NCBI GenBank assembly: GCA_045560945.1
Contig: JBJKYR010000010.1
Span: 1 to 53,695, forward strand
DNA length: 53,695 bases
Direction of reading: 5' to 3'
Source: Alphaproteobacteria bacterium
GTDB lineage: Bacteria > Pseudomonadota > Alphaproteobacteria > HIMB59 > GCA-002718135
Below the pieces are notes generated by a model, which ran no database searches, was not told the origin of the DNA, and saw only the letters and a list, made by a program, of their open reading frames with translations. This document shows, in pieces, positions 1 to 9,697 of this stretch (position 1 is its first letter; each line of letters starts with the position of its first letter). A program made the translations under genes and the position numbers.

Positions 1-301
1 GTAATAACAAATAACAAACTTCTAAAAACTCACTGTTAGTGGCTAATTCATGAATATCATAGCCTCTGTGTCTAAGAATACCTTTGTTTCCATCTATAAA
101 GGTTATTGAAGAGTCACAAGAAGCAGTAGATGTAAACCCAGGATCATAAGTAAACAAGCCTGTTTCCTGATATAGCTTTCTTATATCTAAAACATTAGGT
201 CCGTCTGTGCCATTTATTACTGGAATTTCATAAGACTTACCAGTTTCATTATTAAATAAAGTAAAAGAACTTTTTTGTTTATTATCTTCGTAATCCGCCA
301 T
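1..301 (-). CDS. gltA: Citrate synthase, N-terminal ~100 codons (gene runs off the window at position 1)
   Basis: Not in the ORF track because it is truncated. Reverse complement from the ATG at 301-299 reads [100 protein letters not shown] and ILRHRGY are conserved citrate synthase N-terminal motifs. Confidence 0.85.
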   Translation of the reverse strand, partial: MADYEDNKQKSSFTLFNNETGKSYEIPVINGTDGPNVLDIRKLYQETGLFTYDPGFTSTASCDSSITFIDGNKGILRHRGYDIHELATNSEFLEVCYLLL

Positions 302-302
302 T

Positions 303-1698
303 TTATATTTTATACCTATTAAGTCTTTCTAGTGAATTATCTTTTCCTAATATCATGAATATATCAGTAATAGAAGGTCCATTGTAACTATCCGTTAGTA
401 AATATCTAATTGGTTTGCCTAAAACTGGGAATTTGATATTATTTTTTTTTAGAAATTCTTTTATTTGTAAATTAATATAATCATATTCCCAATCATTAAT
501 ATCATTAATTAATTCTAAAAAATCTCTAAAGCAATTATTAAATTCATTTGAAAATTTTCATCAATTTTTTTTGAATAGTTTCTTGTAAAATATATTTCCC
601 CAATACTTGTCATTTGATCGTATGTTGAAATATATTTTTTATAAACATTAAACACTCTTATTAATTTTTTTCTATCTAGCTGAAAAAATTTTTTCAAATT
701 TTATTAGACTGACAATATTCTTCAAATAAATATAAATTAGACTCTAGTCTTAAATAATGATTATTAAAAAAATCAAGTTTTTTATAACTAAACACACTTG
801 CAGATTTTGATAAACTTTCGATTTTAAATTTAGAAATAATATCTTGAAGTTTAATAATTTCATCATCTTGACTTTTAGGTGACCATCCTAATAAAATTAA
901 ATTGTTAATTATAGAATCAGGTAAATAACCTTGATTCTTTAAATCTATTAAATTTACTGCACCATGTCTTTTTGATAGTTTAGCCCCATCCTCTCCATGT
1001 ATTAGAGGTATATGTGCATATGTTGGAATTTTCCAATTCATATATTTATAAATAAACTTTTGTCGGAAATAATTATTTAAATGATCATCTCCTCTAATAA
1101 TATAATTTACTCCTAAGTCATGATCATCGACTACGACTGATAGCATATAAGTAGGGGTATTGTCATTTCGCACTAAAACAAAATCATCTATTTCGTAATT
1201 TTTAACTTCAACTCTACCTTGAATTAAATCTTCTAATATTTCATTACCATCAGTTGGAATTTTAATTCTAATTACGAATCCTGATTCAAGAGATTGAACT
1301 TCTTTATTATTTTCACAAGAAATGCATATTTTTTTTGAACTAATTTCTCCTGAATTTATTTTTTGCCTTCTATTTTTTAGTTTATCTTCAGTACAAATAC
1401 ATTTGTAAGCATTATTATTTGTTAATAAATTATTTGCTATTTCTAAATGTCTATTAATATTTAGCGATTGAATTTGAGGGTCATTATCCCAATTTATTCC
1501 TAACCACTTAAGACCATTTATAATATTATTTTTAAATTCTTCTGTTGATCTTTTTTTATCTGTGTCCTCTATTCTTAAAAATAATTTAGATTCTGGATAT
1601 TGAGATTTAAAAATATAATTTATGAGAGCGGTTCTTGCACTTCCTATATGAAGGTTTCCAGTAGGTGATGGTGCAAATCTAGTAATATATCCAGTCAT
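303..1698 (-). CDS. gltX: Glutamyl-tRNA synthetase, reading frame broken twice in this assembly
   Basis: ORF 694..1698 starts [20 protein letters not shown] (HIGH motif) and has KLSKRHG (KMSKS). ORF 515..697 and a third frame (303..~560, ...[68 protein letters not shown]) continue the anticodon-binding domain. One base appears missing near 696-698 and one near 551-554. Restored length is 465 aa. Confidence 0.9.
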
Positions 1699-1711
1699 TT
1701 GTAAAATGACC

Positions 1712-2338
1712 TTAATTATATTTTCTTATAATGCCAGATAAAGTGCCTTGAATTTGTACATCTCCAAGATTATGTTCTTTAATATCGTATGCCTTATTAG
1801 CAGGTATCAAATATATTTTTTGATTAGTCATTTTAACTATTTTTAATGTAATCTCGTTGTTTAATGTTAGAACAGCTGCTATTTTACCATTTTCTGCTGA
1901 ATTTGTTTTTTTTATAATCGCTATATCCCCATCAAAAATACCTTCATCTATCATAGAAAGCCCTTTTACTTTTAAGCCAAAATAGGTAGAATTTTTAGTT
2001 ACAAGTGATCTAGGAATAGAAATCATGGAATCTGATGAATTTATAGCTTCTATAGCTTCACCTGCTGCAATAGATCCAATAAGAGGTATGTTGAGGAATG
2101 ATTCATCGTTTATTGAATTAAGAGTATTAAGATTTTTGGTTATTTCCATTGCTCTTGCTTTGTGTTTTAATCGTTTAATATATCCTCTTTGTTCTAAACT
2201 AGTGATTAGTCTGTGAATTCCTGATTTTGATTTGAGGTTAACAGCATTCTTCATCTCTTCAAAAGATGGAGAGATATCATTTGAAGATATATAATTATTT
2301 AAATAAACAAATAATTCTTTTTGTTTTTTAGTAAGCAT
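1712..2338 (-). CDS. lexA: LexA SOS repressor
   Basis: 208 aa with an N-terminal winged HTH (SPSFEEMKNAVNLKSKSGIHRLITSLEQRGYI), an Ala-Gly cleavage site (GSIAAGEA) and an S24 peptidase Ser/Lys (VKGLSM ... ITLKIV). Confidence 0.93.
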   Translation of the reverse strand: MLTKKQKELFVYLNNYISSNDISPSFEEMKNAVNLKSKSGIHRLITSLEQRGYIKRLKHKARAMEITKNLNTLNSINDESFLNIPLIGSIAAGEAIEAINSSDSMISIPRSLVTKNSTYFGLKVKGLSMIDEGIFDGDIAIIKKTNSAENGKIAAVLTLNNEITLKIVKMTNQKIYLIPANKAYDIKEHNLGDVQIQGTLSGIIRKYN

Positions 2339-2342
2339 ATAT

Positions 2343-2357
2343 GTTCTATATATGTTC
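2343..2357 (-). promoter_or_regulatory. Alphaproteobacterial-type SOS box (GTTC-N7-GTTC, read GAAC-N7-GAAC on the lexA strand) overlapping a putative lexA -10 element
   Basis: GTTCTATATATGTTC at 2343-2357, 5-19 nt upstream of the lexA ATG (2338-2336). In gene sense the region reads TTGTTT-17 nt-TATATA-gaacatat-ATG, so the N7 spacer is itself a -10-like hexamer. Confidence 0.7.
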
Positions 2358-2395
2358 TCTTTTATAAAAAAACAATCTTTTTTTATTTTTAAAGA

Positions 2396-2863
2396 TTATA
2401 TTTTAAAATATCCTGATTTCCCGCCCTTTTTTGAAATTAATTTAATGTTCTTGATTTTAATGGATTTGCTTAAATATTTACACATGTCATAAATAGTTAA
2501 ACAGCTTATCGCTACAGCAGTTAAAGCTTCCATTTCAACCCCAGTTTTTGAACTTGTCTTAACTACTGCTTTTACATTAATTATTTTTTTTTTTATATTT
2601 TTTGTTATCTTAATACTAACGGAGTCAATGGGAATATTATGACAAAGAGGTATTAATTTTGATGTTTCTTTAGCTCCCATTATCCCAGCAACAATAGCTA
2701 CATTTTCTATACTTCCTTTTTTGGATTTTAATTTTTCAATTTTTTTAAATGAAATCTTATCAAAAATTACTTCACCTTCACCTTCAGCAATTCTTTGAGT
2801 AATTCCTTTATCAGTAACATCTACCATAATTGGATTATTTTTTTTATCTAAGTGACTAACCAT
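2396..2863 (-). CDS. moaC: Cyclic pyranopterin monophosphate synthase MoaC
   Basis: 155 aa with MVDVTDK, GAKETSKLIPLCHNIP and GVEMEALTAVAISCLTIYDMCK, all typical MoaC motifs. Confidence 0.9.
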   Translation of the reverse strand: MVSHLDKKNNPIMVDVTDKGITQRIAEGEGEVIFDKISFKKIEKLKSKKGSIENVAIVAGIMGAKETSKLIPLCHNIPIDSVSIKITKNIKKKIINVKAVVKTSSKTGVEMEALTAVAISCLTIYDMCKYLSKSIKIKNIKLISKKGGKSGYFKI

Positions 2864-3650
2864 TATTTAATAATTTTTTTATAAAAACTGCATAATCATG
2901 TGATCTTAAAATTGACTCACCAATAAGAAAATTAAATATACCAAGCTCGTTATACATTTTAATATCAGATGAGGATTTGATTCCACTTTCAGCAATCACA
3001 GTAAAATCTTTGCTGATACTTGTAAATAAATTTATTGAATTATTAACATCAGTTTTAAGATTTTTTAAATTTCTATTGTTTATACCTATTATTGGGTAAT
3101 TTAATTTCAAGGCCCTTTTAATTTCTTCTTCATTATGTGTCTCAATAATAACATCTAATTTTAATTCTTTAGATATTTCCAAGAATTCATTTAGTTGATT
3201 ATCACTTAATATAGATACAATTAAAAGTATAATATCTGCTTGATATACTTTACTTTCATATATTTGATATTTATCAATGATAAAATCTTTTCTTAAAATT
3301 GGGATTGTTGTGTTTTGTTTTATTAGAGACAAATGATCTATTTCACCGCTAAAAAAATTACTTTCAGTTAATATAGAAATTGCCCCAATTCCTGCTTTTT
3401 CATATATTTTTGCAATTTTTATGGGATTATATTCCTTGATTATTTGACCACCACTTGGACTTTCTTTTTTAATTTCACCGATAAAAAAATTATTTTTATT
3501 TTTAGCAGATTTTTGAATTACATTTTTAAAATCTCTTTTTTCTATTCTATCTGAAATTAATTTTGTTAATGTATTTAAAGAACACTTATTTTTTAATATT
3601 TCAATTTCTTTAGCTTTATCTTCACATATTTTTTTTAAAATATTACTCAT
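2856..3650 (-). CDS. trpC: Indole-3-glycerol phosphate synthase
   Basis: 264 aa with IGEIKKESPSGG, ISILTE..FF.G and LRKDFIIDKYQIYES. Overlaps trpD and moaC by 8 bp each. Confidence 0.9.
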   Translation of the reverse strand: MSNILKKICEDKAKEIEILKNKCSLNTLTKLISDRIEKRDFKNVIQKSAKNKNNFFIGEIKKESPSGGQIIKEYNPIKIAKIYEKAGIGAISILTESNFFSGEIDHLSLIKQNTTIPILRKDFIIDKYQIYESKVYQADIILLIVSILSDNQLNEFLEISKELKLDVIIETHNEEEIKRALKLNYPIIGINNRNLKNLKTDVNNSINLFTSISKDFTVIAESGIKSSSDIKMYNELGIFNFLIGESILRSHDYAVFIKKLLNNG

Positions 3651-4644
3651 TAGTAATTTTGGTTATAAATTCTTTTGTTTTACCTTCAGAAATTGATTTA
3701 TGAGCAATAACAGTGCCTTCTTTTATACTCGATGATTTTCCAGCTAGATATATGGCTGCACCAGCATTTATTTCTACAATGTTTTGAAATTTTGGAAAAC
3801 TGCCATTAATCATTTTAATAAAACATTCAGCGTTGTATTTTGGATCTCCACCTCTTATCTCATCTATAGAAATATAATCATAGCCAATTTCACGAGGATC
3901 TAAAATATAATTATAAATTTTATTATCTTTTAGTTCACAAATATTAGTATTTTTACTAAGTGTTATTTCATCTAACCCATCTTCACCATGAACAACCATT
4001 ACATTATTTGATCCTAGCTCTTTTAGAACTTCACAGTGAGTATTAAGCCATTTTTTATCATATACTCCCAAAAGTTGATTTTTAGCATTTGCTGGATTTG
4101 TTAATGGGCCAAGTAAGTTGAATATTGTTCTTGTACCTAATGTTTTTCTAACATTTATTACATGTTTCATTGCCGAGTGATGATACTGTGCAAACATGAA
4201 GCAAAAATTATTTCTGTTTAATTGATCTTCTATAGTTGAAGGATTATCTGAGAATTTGTAGCCTATATTTTCAAGCATGTCTGCAGATCCAGATTTTGAA
4301 CTTACTGATTTATTTCCATGCTTTGTAATTTTGATACCACAGCTTGCAGCAACTAAAGAAGCAGCAGTAGATATGTTAAGAGTATTCGACAGATCCCCCC
4401 CAGTACCACAAGTATCGACTGTATTATTTGATGAAGCAATCTTCATAGATTTTGATCTCATTATTTTTGTAGCACCCAGTATTTCATTTTTAGTTTCACC
4501 CTTTACCTTAAGTAAAGTTAAAATGGCTGAAGTATCAATCTCACTTAATTTTCCATCCATAATTAATTCAAAAAGAAACATTGTTTCATCTGATGTTAAA
4601 TCTCTTTGAGAAAATAATTTATTTTTTAAGTCTTTAATTTCCAT
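3643..4644 (-). CDS. trpD: Anthranilate phosphoribosyltransferase
   Basis: 333 aa with VDTCGTGGD, NISTAASLVAASCG.KITKHGNKSVSSKSGSAD and IFNLLGPLTNPA. Confidence 0.93.
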   Translation of the reverse strand: MEIKDLKNKLFSQRDLTSDETMFLFELIMDGKLSEIDTSAILTLLKVKGETKNEILGATKIMRSKSMKIASSNNTVDTCGTGGDLSNTLNISTAASLVAASCGIKITKHGNKSVSSKSGSADMLENIGYKFSDNPSTIEDQLNRNNFCFMFAQYHHSAMKHVINVRKTLGTRTIFNLLGPLTNPANAKNQLLGVYDKKWLNTHCEVLKELGSNNVMVVHGEDGLDEITLSKNTNICELKDNKIYNYILDPREIGYDYISIDEIRGGDPKYNAECFIKMINGSFPKFQNIVEINAGAAIYLAGKSSSIKEGTVIAHKSISEGKTKEFITKITNE

Positions 4645-5212
4645 AATTTATTAATGATAAGAAATTTTTAAGTAAATCTTTTCCTACATTAGTGCCTATA
4701 CTTTCTGGATGAAATTGAAATCCATAAATAGGCAAGCTTTTGTGTGCAATACCCATAATTATATTTTTTTTAGTTTCTGCAGTTATTATAAATTCTGATG
4801 ACAGAGTATCTCTATCTATAACTAAAGAATGATATCTTGTTGCTGAGAAATTACTTTTTATATTTTTAAAAATTTCATGATTATTATGTTTCATATTATC
4901 AATTTTTCCATGCATTATTTCTTCACATTTAATTATTTTAGCGCCAAAAGCCTGACCTATTGATTGATGTCCCAAGCATATACCTAGAATAGGTAATTTT
5001 TTTTTAAATTCTGCAATAAGTTTAAGGCAAATACCTGCTTCATTTGGAGTGCATGGTCCGGGAGATAGAATAATTGCTCTTGGATTAAGTTGATTAATTT
5101 CCTCTAAAGATATTTTATCATTTCTATATATTTTAACTTTTGCACCTACTTCACTTAAGTAATGTTTAACATTATAAGTAAAACTATCGTAATTATCTAT
5201 CAATAGAATCAT
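4634..5212 (-). CDS. trpG: Anthranilate synthase component II (glutamine amidotransferase, TrpG/PabA type)
   Basis: 192 aa with MILLIDNYDSFTYN, LSPGPCTP, ILGICLGHQ and FQFHPES (class I GATase triad). Confidence 0.92.
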   Translation of the reverse strand: MILLIDNYDSFTYNVKHYLSEVGAKVKIYRNDKISLEEINQLNPRAIILSPGPCTPNEAGICLKLIAEFKKKLPILGICLGHQSIGQAFGAKIIKCEEIMHGKIDNMKHNNHEIFKNIKSNFSATRYHSLVIDRDTLSSEFIITAETKKNIIMGIAHKSLPIYGFQFHPESIGTNVGKDLLKNFLSLINYGN

Positions 5213-6684
5213 TAATTATATTTGTAAGAGTCTTCTGCAGCAGCCATCAAAGCACCTGCTTTATTTATTGTTTCTTGATACTCATCTTCTGGGTTAGAAT
5301 CATAAACTACACCACCTCCAGACTGAATATATAAATTCCCATTTTTTACCAATCCACTTCTTAAACTAATACAAGTGTCCATATCACCATTAGAGTCAAA
5401 ATACCCCATACATCCAGCATAGAAACTTCTATTGAGGTTTTCAAGTTCTTCTATTATTTCCATGGCACGTATTTTTGGCGCACCTGAAACCGTACCAGCT
5501 GGAAAACCTGCTTTAAGGGCATCAACTGCATCGTATTTATCATCAATTAATCCTTCAACATTTGAAACAATATGCATAACATGGGAATAATATTCTATAA
5601 TCATTTTCTCTGTAACTTTTACTGATTTGTTTTGAGCAACTCTTCCAACATCATTCCTTCCCAAATCTAATAGCATTAAATGTTCTGCTCTCTCCTTTTC
5701 ATCTTGAAGTAAGTCTTTTGATAGCTCGAGATCTTCATTAGCATTTTTACCTCTTTTTCTTGTACCAGCTATAGGTCTTATTGTAATTTTTTTATTTCTC
5801 AACTGGACAAGTAATTCAGGGCTTGAAGCCACTAGTCCTATTTCATTAAAATTTAAATTAACTAAATACGGCGAAGGGTTTAATCTTCTTAATGACCTAT
5901 AAAGACTAACTGCTTCAAGATCATATTTTGTTTCAAATCTTTGAGAGGTAACTACTTGAAAAATATCACCATCCTTTATGTATTCCTTAGCTTTTGAAAT
6001 GATAGAAAAATACTCTTCTTTAGAATAATTCGATATAAATTTTAAATTTGACTTAATTTGGTTAACAGGTTTCTGAACAAGGTTTTCTTTAAGATGATTT
6101 ACTTTTAGTTCTAATAATTCTTGAGCTGCATTAAAGGCACTTTCATAATTTTGCCCCTTACTTGGATAGACGACAGTCATAACAGTAATTGTATCTTTTA
6201 TGTTATCAAAAACTGCAACAATTTTAGGTCTAATCATGATAGAGTCGGGTATATTTATATTATCATTATTTTTTAATGATATTTTTTCCATATATTGAAT
6301 CATGGGGTATCCCATATATCCAACTAGAATAGGATATGGAACATCTATATTTCCTTTATCAAATTTTGATAACTCTATTAGATTTTTAAGAGACTCAATC
6401 GGTTTATTGGAAATTTTATATTTATAATTTTCATAATTGTATTTTATTGAAGCTAAGTTATTATCAACTTTCCAAATTAGATCTGGATCACAACCTAAAA
6501 GAGAGTATCTACCTCTTAGGCTGCCACCCTCAACTGATTCTAATAAAAAAGAATAGTTTTGATTTTTTTTAATTTTTAGAAGACATGATATTGGCGTTTC
6601 GATATCAGCAATTAATTTTTTTGTTAAAAGTTGGGGTTTATCATTTTTTAACCCATCTATGAATTTTTCTTTTAATTCATTCAT
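5212..6684 (-). CDS. trpE: Anthranilate synthase component I
   Basis: 490 aa with LLESVEGG, SPYLVNLNF, IAGTRKRG, AEHLMLLDLGRNDVGRV and GAPKIRAMEIIEELE. Confidence 0.93.
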   Translation of the reverse strand: MNELKEKFIDGLKNDKPQLLTKKLIADIETPISCLLKIKKNQNYSFLLESVEGGSLRGRYSLLGCDPDLIWKVDNNLASIKYNYENYKYKISNKPIESLKNLIELSKFDKGNIDVPYPILVGYMGYPMIQYMEKISLKNNDNINIPDSIMIRPKIVAVFDNIKDTITVMTVVYPSKGQNYESAFNAAQELLELKVNHLKENLVQKPVNQIKSNLKFISNYSKEEYFSIISKAKEYIKDGDIFQVVTSQRFETKYDLEAVSLYRSLRRLNPSPYLVNLNFNEIGLVASSPELLVQLRNKKITIRPIAGTRKRGKNANEDLELSKDLLQDEKERAEHLMLLDLGRNDVGRVAQNKSVKVTEKMIIEYYSHVMHIVSNVEGLIDDKYDAVDALKAGFPAGTVSGAPKIRAMEIIEELENLNRSFYAGCMGYFDSNGDMDTCISLRSGLVKNGNLYIQSGGGVVYDSNPEDEYQETINKAGALMAAAEDSYKYN

Positions 6685-8521
6685 TAATATTGGTTTATTA
6701 AAGCCCGTATTAAATTATCATTTGTTGAGATATTTTTCTTCTTAACTATCTCAGCTCCAAAAAAACTTCTTAATTCAGATTTTAATTCTAATTCTTGACT
6801 ATTTACATAATCATCATTTGGAAATGTTACTTCATTAGTTTTGGCGACATATATATCATTGTTTGAAACGCTAAAATAAATTTTATCTATCTCATTTTCA
6901 AAAACTTTGCTTTTAAATGTAATGGGGAAATCATCACTTTTAAATTTTATATCAATATTAGTAGTTTCCGATTTAAAATATGCCGCTAAATCTTTTATTA
7001 GTTTTGAATTAGAAATTGAATCATCTATATAATTTTTAATTTGTTTTATCTTAAGAGATTTTATCCAATCTTCTGAAACTCTTTCCAATACTTGATTTAA
7101 CTCATATGGTTTTTCGTAAAATATATTATCAACATTGATAATTATAGATTGATCATCGTCTATGTCTTCTATGTCACTCACAAAATCTTTATTTGTTGAA
7201 AAGGCTTTTATAATAACTTCATTTCTGACTAAGTCATCCTTGGTATTGTCAAAAGCTCTCTCAGCTTTGCTAATGTTTTTTATAGTTAATGAATTATTAT
7301 TGGCAATTTCATTTAATGAAAGTCCATCAAGTATTTGTTGGCTTATATTATTTTTTAAATCTAAAATAAAATTATTCAATTCTACTTCAAGTAAATTATC
7401 AAAAATTTTATCTCTTGATTTTTCAATTGTATTTTGGATTTCTGGATAAATCTTTCTCACAAATATGACATGTTTTGCTAATGTAGTCTCAATAACTGGA
7501 GAAATCATATTTTCTTGAAGACTAAATATAGCATCAGAAAGCTCTTCCAAAACTTCATCTTCAGCTACATTAGTAAACTTATTAAAAGTAATATTATTTT
7601 CTTCAGCAAATTTAATAATATCAACTAAGTCAAATGATGCTGTTTTAATTTTAAATTTTGAAGCTTCCTCTAAAACCTTAAAATTGAATTGAAGAAAATC
7701 TCTTTTTTCAGATTCTACAAAAAGACTTTTATTGTTGTTATAATAGTTTAAAATTTGAGAATCTGATGGTGTTAATTGATTAATGAAGTTTTTTTTATCA
7801 ATTAATATGTAAGATATATCTCTCTTTTCTGGATTCATGTATGAATTGATGTTTTTATTAAAATAATCAATTATCTTTTCATTTGTTATAGAGATATCGA
7901 GGTTTTCAATATTGTTTAAATTATACTCATTTAAATTAAATTTAATTAGATCTATGTTTCTAGAATGATTATTATGTTTATCTATAATTTTTTCGAATTT
8001 ATTTGGATATTGTATTTCTAAGAAAAGTTCATCAAAAACCTTTGACCTTGCTTCATAATTAATAATTTTTACTAAATCATCAATTTTTAAACTCTGATTG
8101 TTAAGGAATGAACTTAACTCTTTTTCATTCAATTTATTATTTTTATTATAAAGGTTAGGAAATCTTTTTTTTGTTTCAGAAGCTACCACTGTTTCATCTA
8201 TAATAAAATTTTGTGAGTCAAATTCATTTTCAAATACAGCATTATTAATTAAGCTTCCAAGTGCCATTGACTCAATCTGAAAAGCTTGTATTTCTTCAGA
8301 TGTTAATTGTCGACCAAACATTTGATTATATTGATTAATATTCATATCTAATACTCGCAGGAACTTAGTTGTTGATATTGGAGTTCCGGATACTGAGGCC
8401 ACTACATTGTCAGAGTCAAATAGTCCTGAGTATCTTGAAGAGCCTCTAAAAAAAATAAGCTAATTCCAAAGAGAATAGCAAGAACGAATGCTATTTTTGA
8501 TTTTCCTAAACTTCTGAACAT
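6684..8521 (-). CDS. ppiD: PpiD-like periplasmic chaperone / peptidyl-prolyl isomerase with N-terminal membrane anchor, frameshifted near the 5' end in this assembly
   Basis: The 572-aa ORF (6684..8402) is long, K/N/E-rich and SurA-N/PpiD-like, and sits next to trpE. Upstream, the ATG at 8521-8519 opens MFRSLGKSKIAFVLAILFGISLFF (a TM anchor typical of PpiD). It joins the main frame (FRGSSRYSGLFDSDNVVASVSGTPIS) if the A8 run at 8450-8457 gains one base. Family assignment is less certain than for the enzymes. Confidence 0.65.
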
Positions 8522-8568
8522 AATTAATGTTGCTTCTATAATAATAGTTTCTATAAGGGAAAATAATT

Positions 8569-9297
8569 ATGGTCAAATTAGATAGTTTTTCCTCATTTTT
8601 CATAGCAAATTGGAAATTAAATGGAAATTTTAAGTTTATTGATCAATTTATAAGTAATCTAACTCTCCCAAGTGACAGATCTAAATGTATAGTTATCTGC
8701 CCAACGTCTATTCACTTAGATTATATGTCTAAACATAAAAGAGGATTTTATGTGGGTGCTCAAAATGTTTCTCAACATAAAGATGGTGCATTTACTGGAG
8801 AAATATCTGCAGAGTCACTATCAGATTTAAATGTCGATTTTTGTATTGTTGGACACTCTGAGAGAAGGCAAATTTTTAATGAGAAGAATGACACTATTTA
8901 TTTTAAATCTGAAAACTTAATTAATAAAAATTTTATACCTATAATTTGTATTGGTGAAACATTAGAAGAAAAAGAAAATGGAAAAACAAATGATATATTA
9001 GAAGAGCAGTTAAAAAAATGTATACCAAGCTCATCTAATTTTCAAAATACTATAATAGCATATGAGCCTGTTTGGGCAATAGGAACGGGCTTAACTCCAT
9101 CTATTGAAGAAATAGATAAAACTCACCAATTTATAAGAGGGCATAATTCTAAATTTAATAAATTTAATATTTTATATGGTGGATCAGTAAAGGCTAATAA
9201 TGTAAAAGAGATTACATCTTTATTAAATGTAAATGGTGCCTTAATTGGAGGAGCTTCACTGAAATCAGAGGAATTTACAAAAATTATTCAAGATTAA
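8569..9297 (+). CDS. tpiA: Triosephosphate isomerase
   Basis: 242 aa with IANWKLNG, VGHSERR and AYEPVWAIGTG. Confidence 0.93.
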   Translation: MVKLDSFSSFFIANWKLNGNFKFIDQFISNLTLPSDRSKCIVICPTSIHLDYMSKHKRGFYVGAQNVSQHKDGAFTGEISAESLSDLNVDFCIVGHSERRQIFNEKNDTIYFKSENLINKNFIPIICIGETLEEKENGKTNDILEEQLKKCIPSSSNFQNTIIAYEPVWAIGTGLTPSIEEIDKTHQFIRGHNSKFNKFNILYGGSVKANNVKEITSLLNVNGALIGGASLKSEEFTKIIQD

Positions 9298-9335
9298 TAT
9301 CTTGATTTATAATACTTTATAAATATAAGTGCCGC

Positions 9336-9647
9336 ATGTTAACCCTAATAATTATACAGCTAATTCTTGCAATACTTTTAGTAATATTTGTTTTACTGCA
9401 GGGCAGTGATAATGAGGGATTAGGCTTAGGCGGAGGCGGTGGCGTAGGAGGGATGATGTCTCCTAGAGGCTCAGCAAACTTATTATCACGTTTAACCGCT
9501 TTAATAGCTACATTATTTATGGTTATGAGTGTAATTTTAACAATTGTTGCTTCAGTAGGATCTGAAAAAAATGTCTTGGAATCTCTTCCTTCTGTAAATT
9601 CTAATGAAGAAACAACACAAGAGCCAGTAATTCCTGAAAATAATTAA
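9336..9647 (+). CDS. secG: Preprotein translocase subunit SecG
   Basis: 103 aa with two TM segments flanking a Gly-rich loop (LLQGSDNEGLGLGGGGGVGG). Conserved position tpiA-secG-pyrG. Confidence 0.85.
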   Translation: MLTLIIIQLILAILLVIFVLLQGSDNEGLGLGGGGGVGGMMSPRGSANLLSRLTALIATLFMVMSVILTIVASVGSEKNVLESLPSVNSNEETTQEPVIPENN

Positions 9648-9697
9648 TATAATTATCTTGATATAGATTATTCAATTCTGTATCAGGGTTATCCGTA

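Noticed and set aside
8522-8568. A direct repeat TTCTATAA-N7-TTCTATAA in the ppiD/tpiA divergent spacer as a possible second SOS box.
   Set aside because: The half-sites read cTTC and tTTC, not GTTC, so it does not match the GTTC-N7-GTTC consensus. It is probably just AT-rich promoter sequence.
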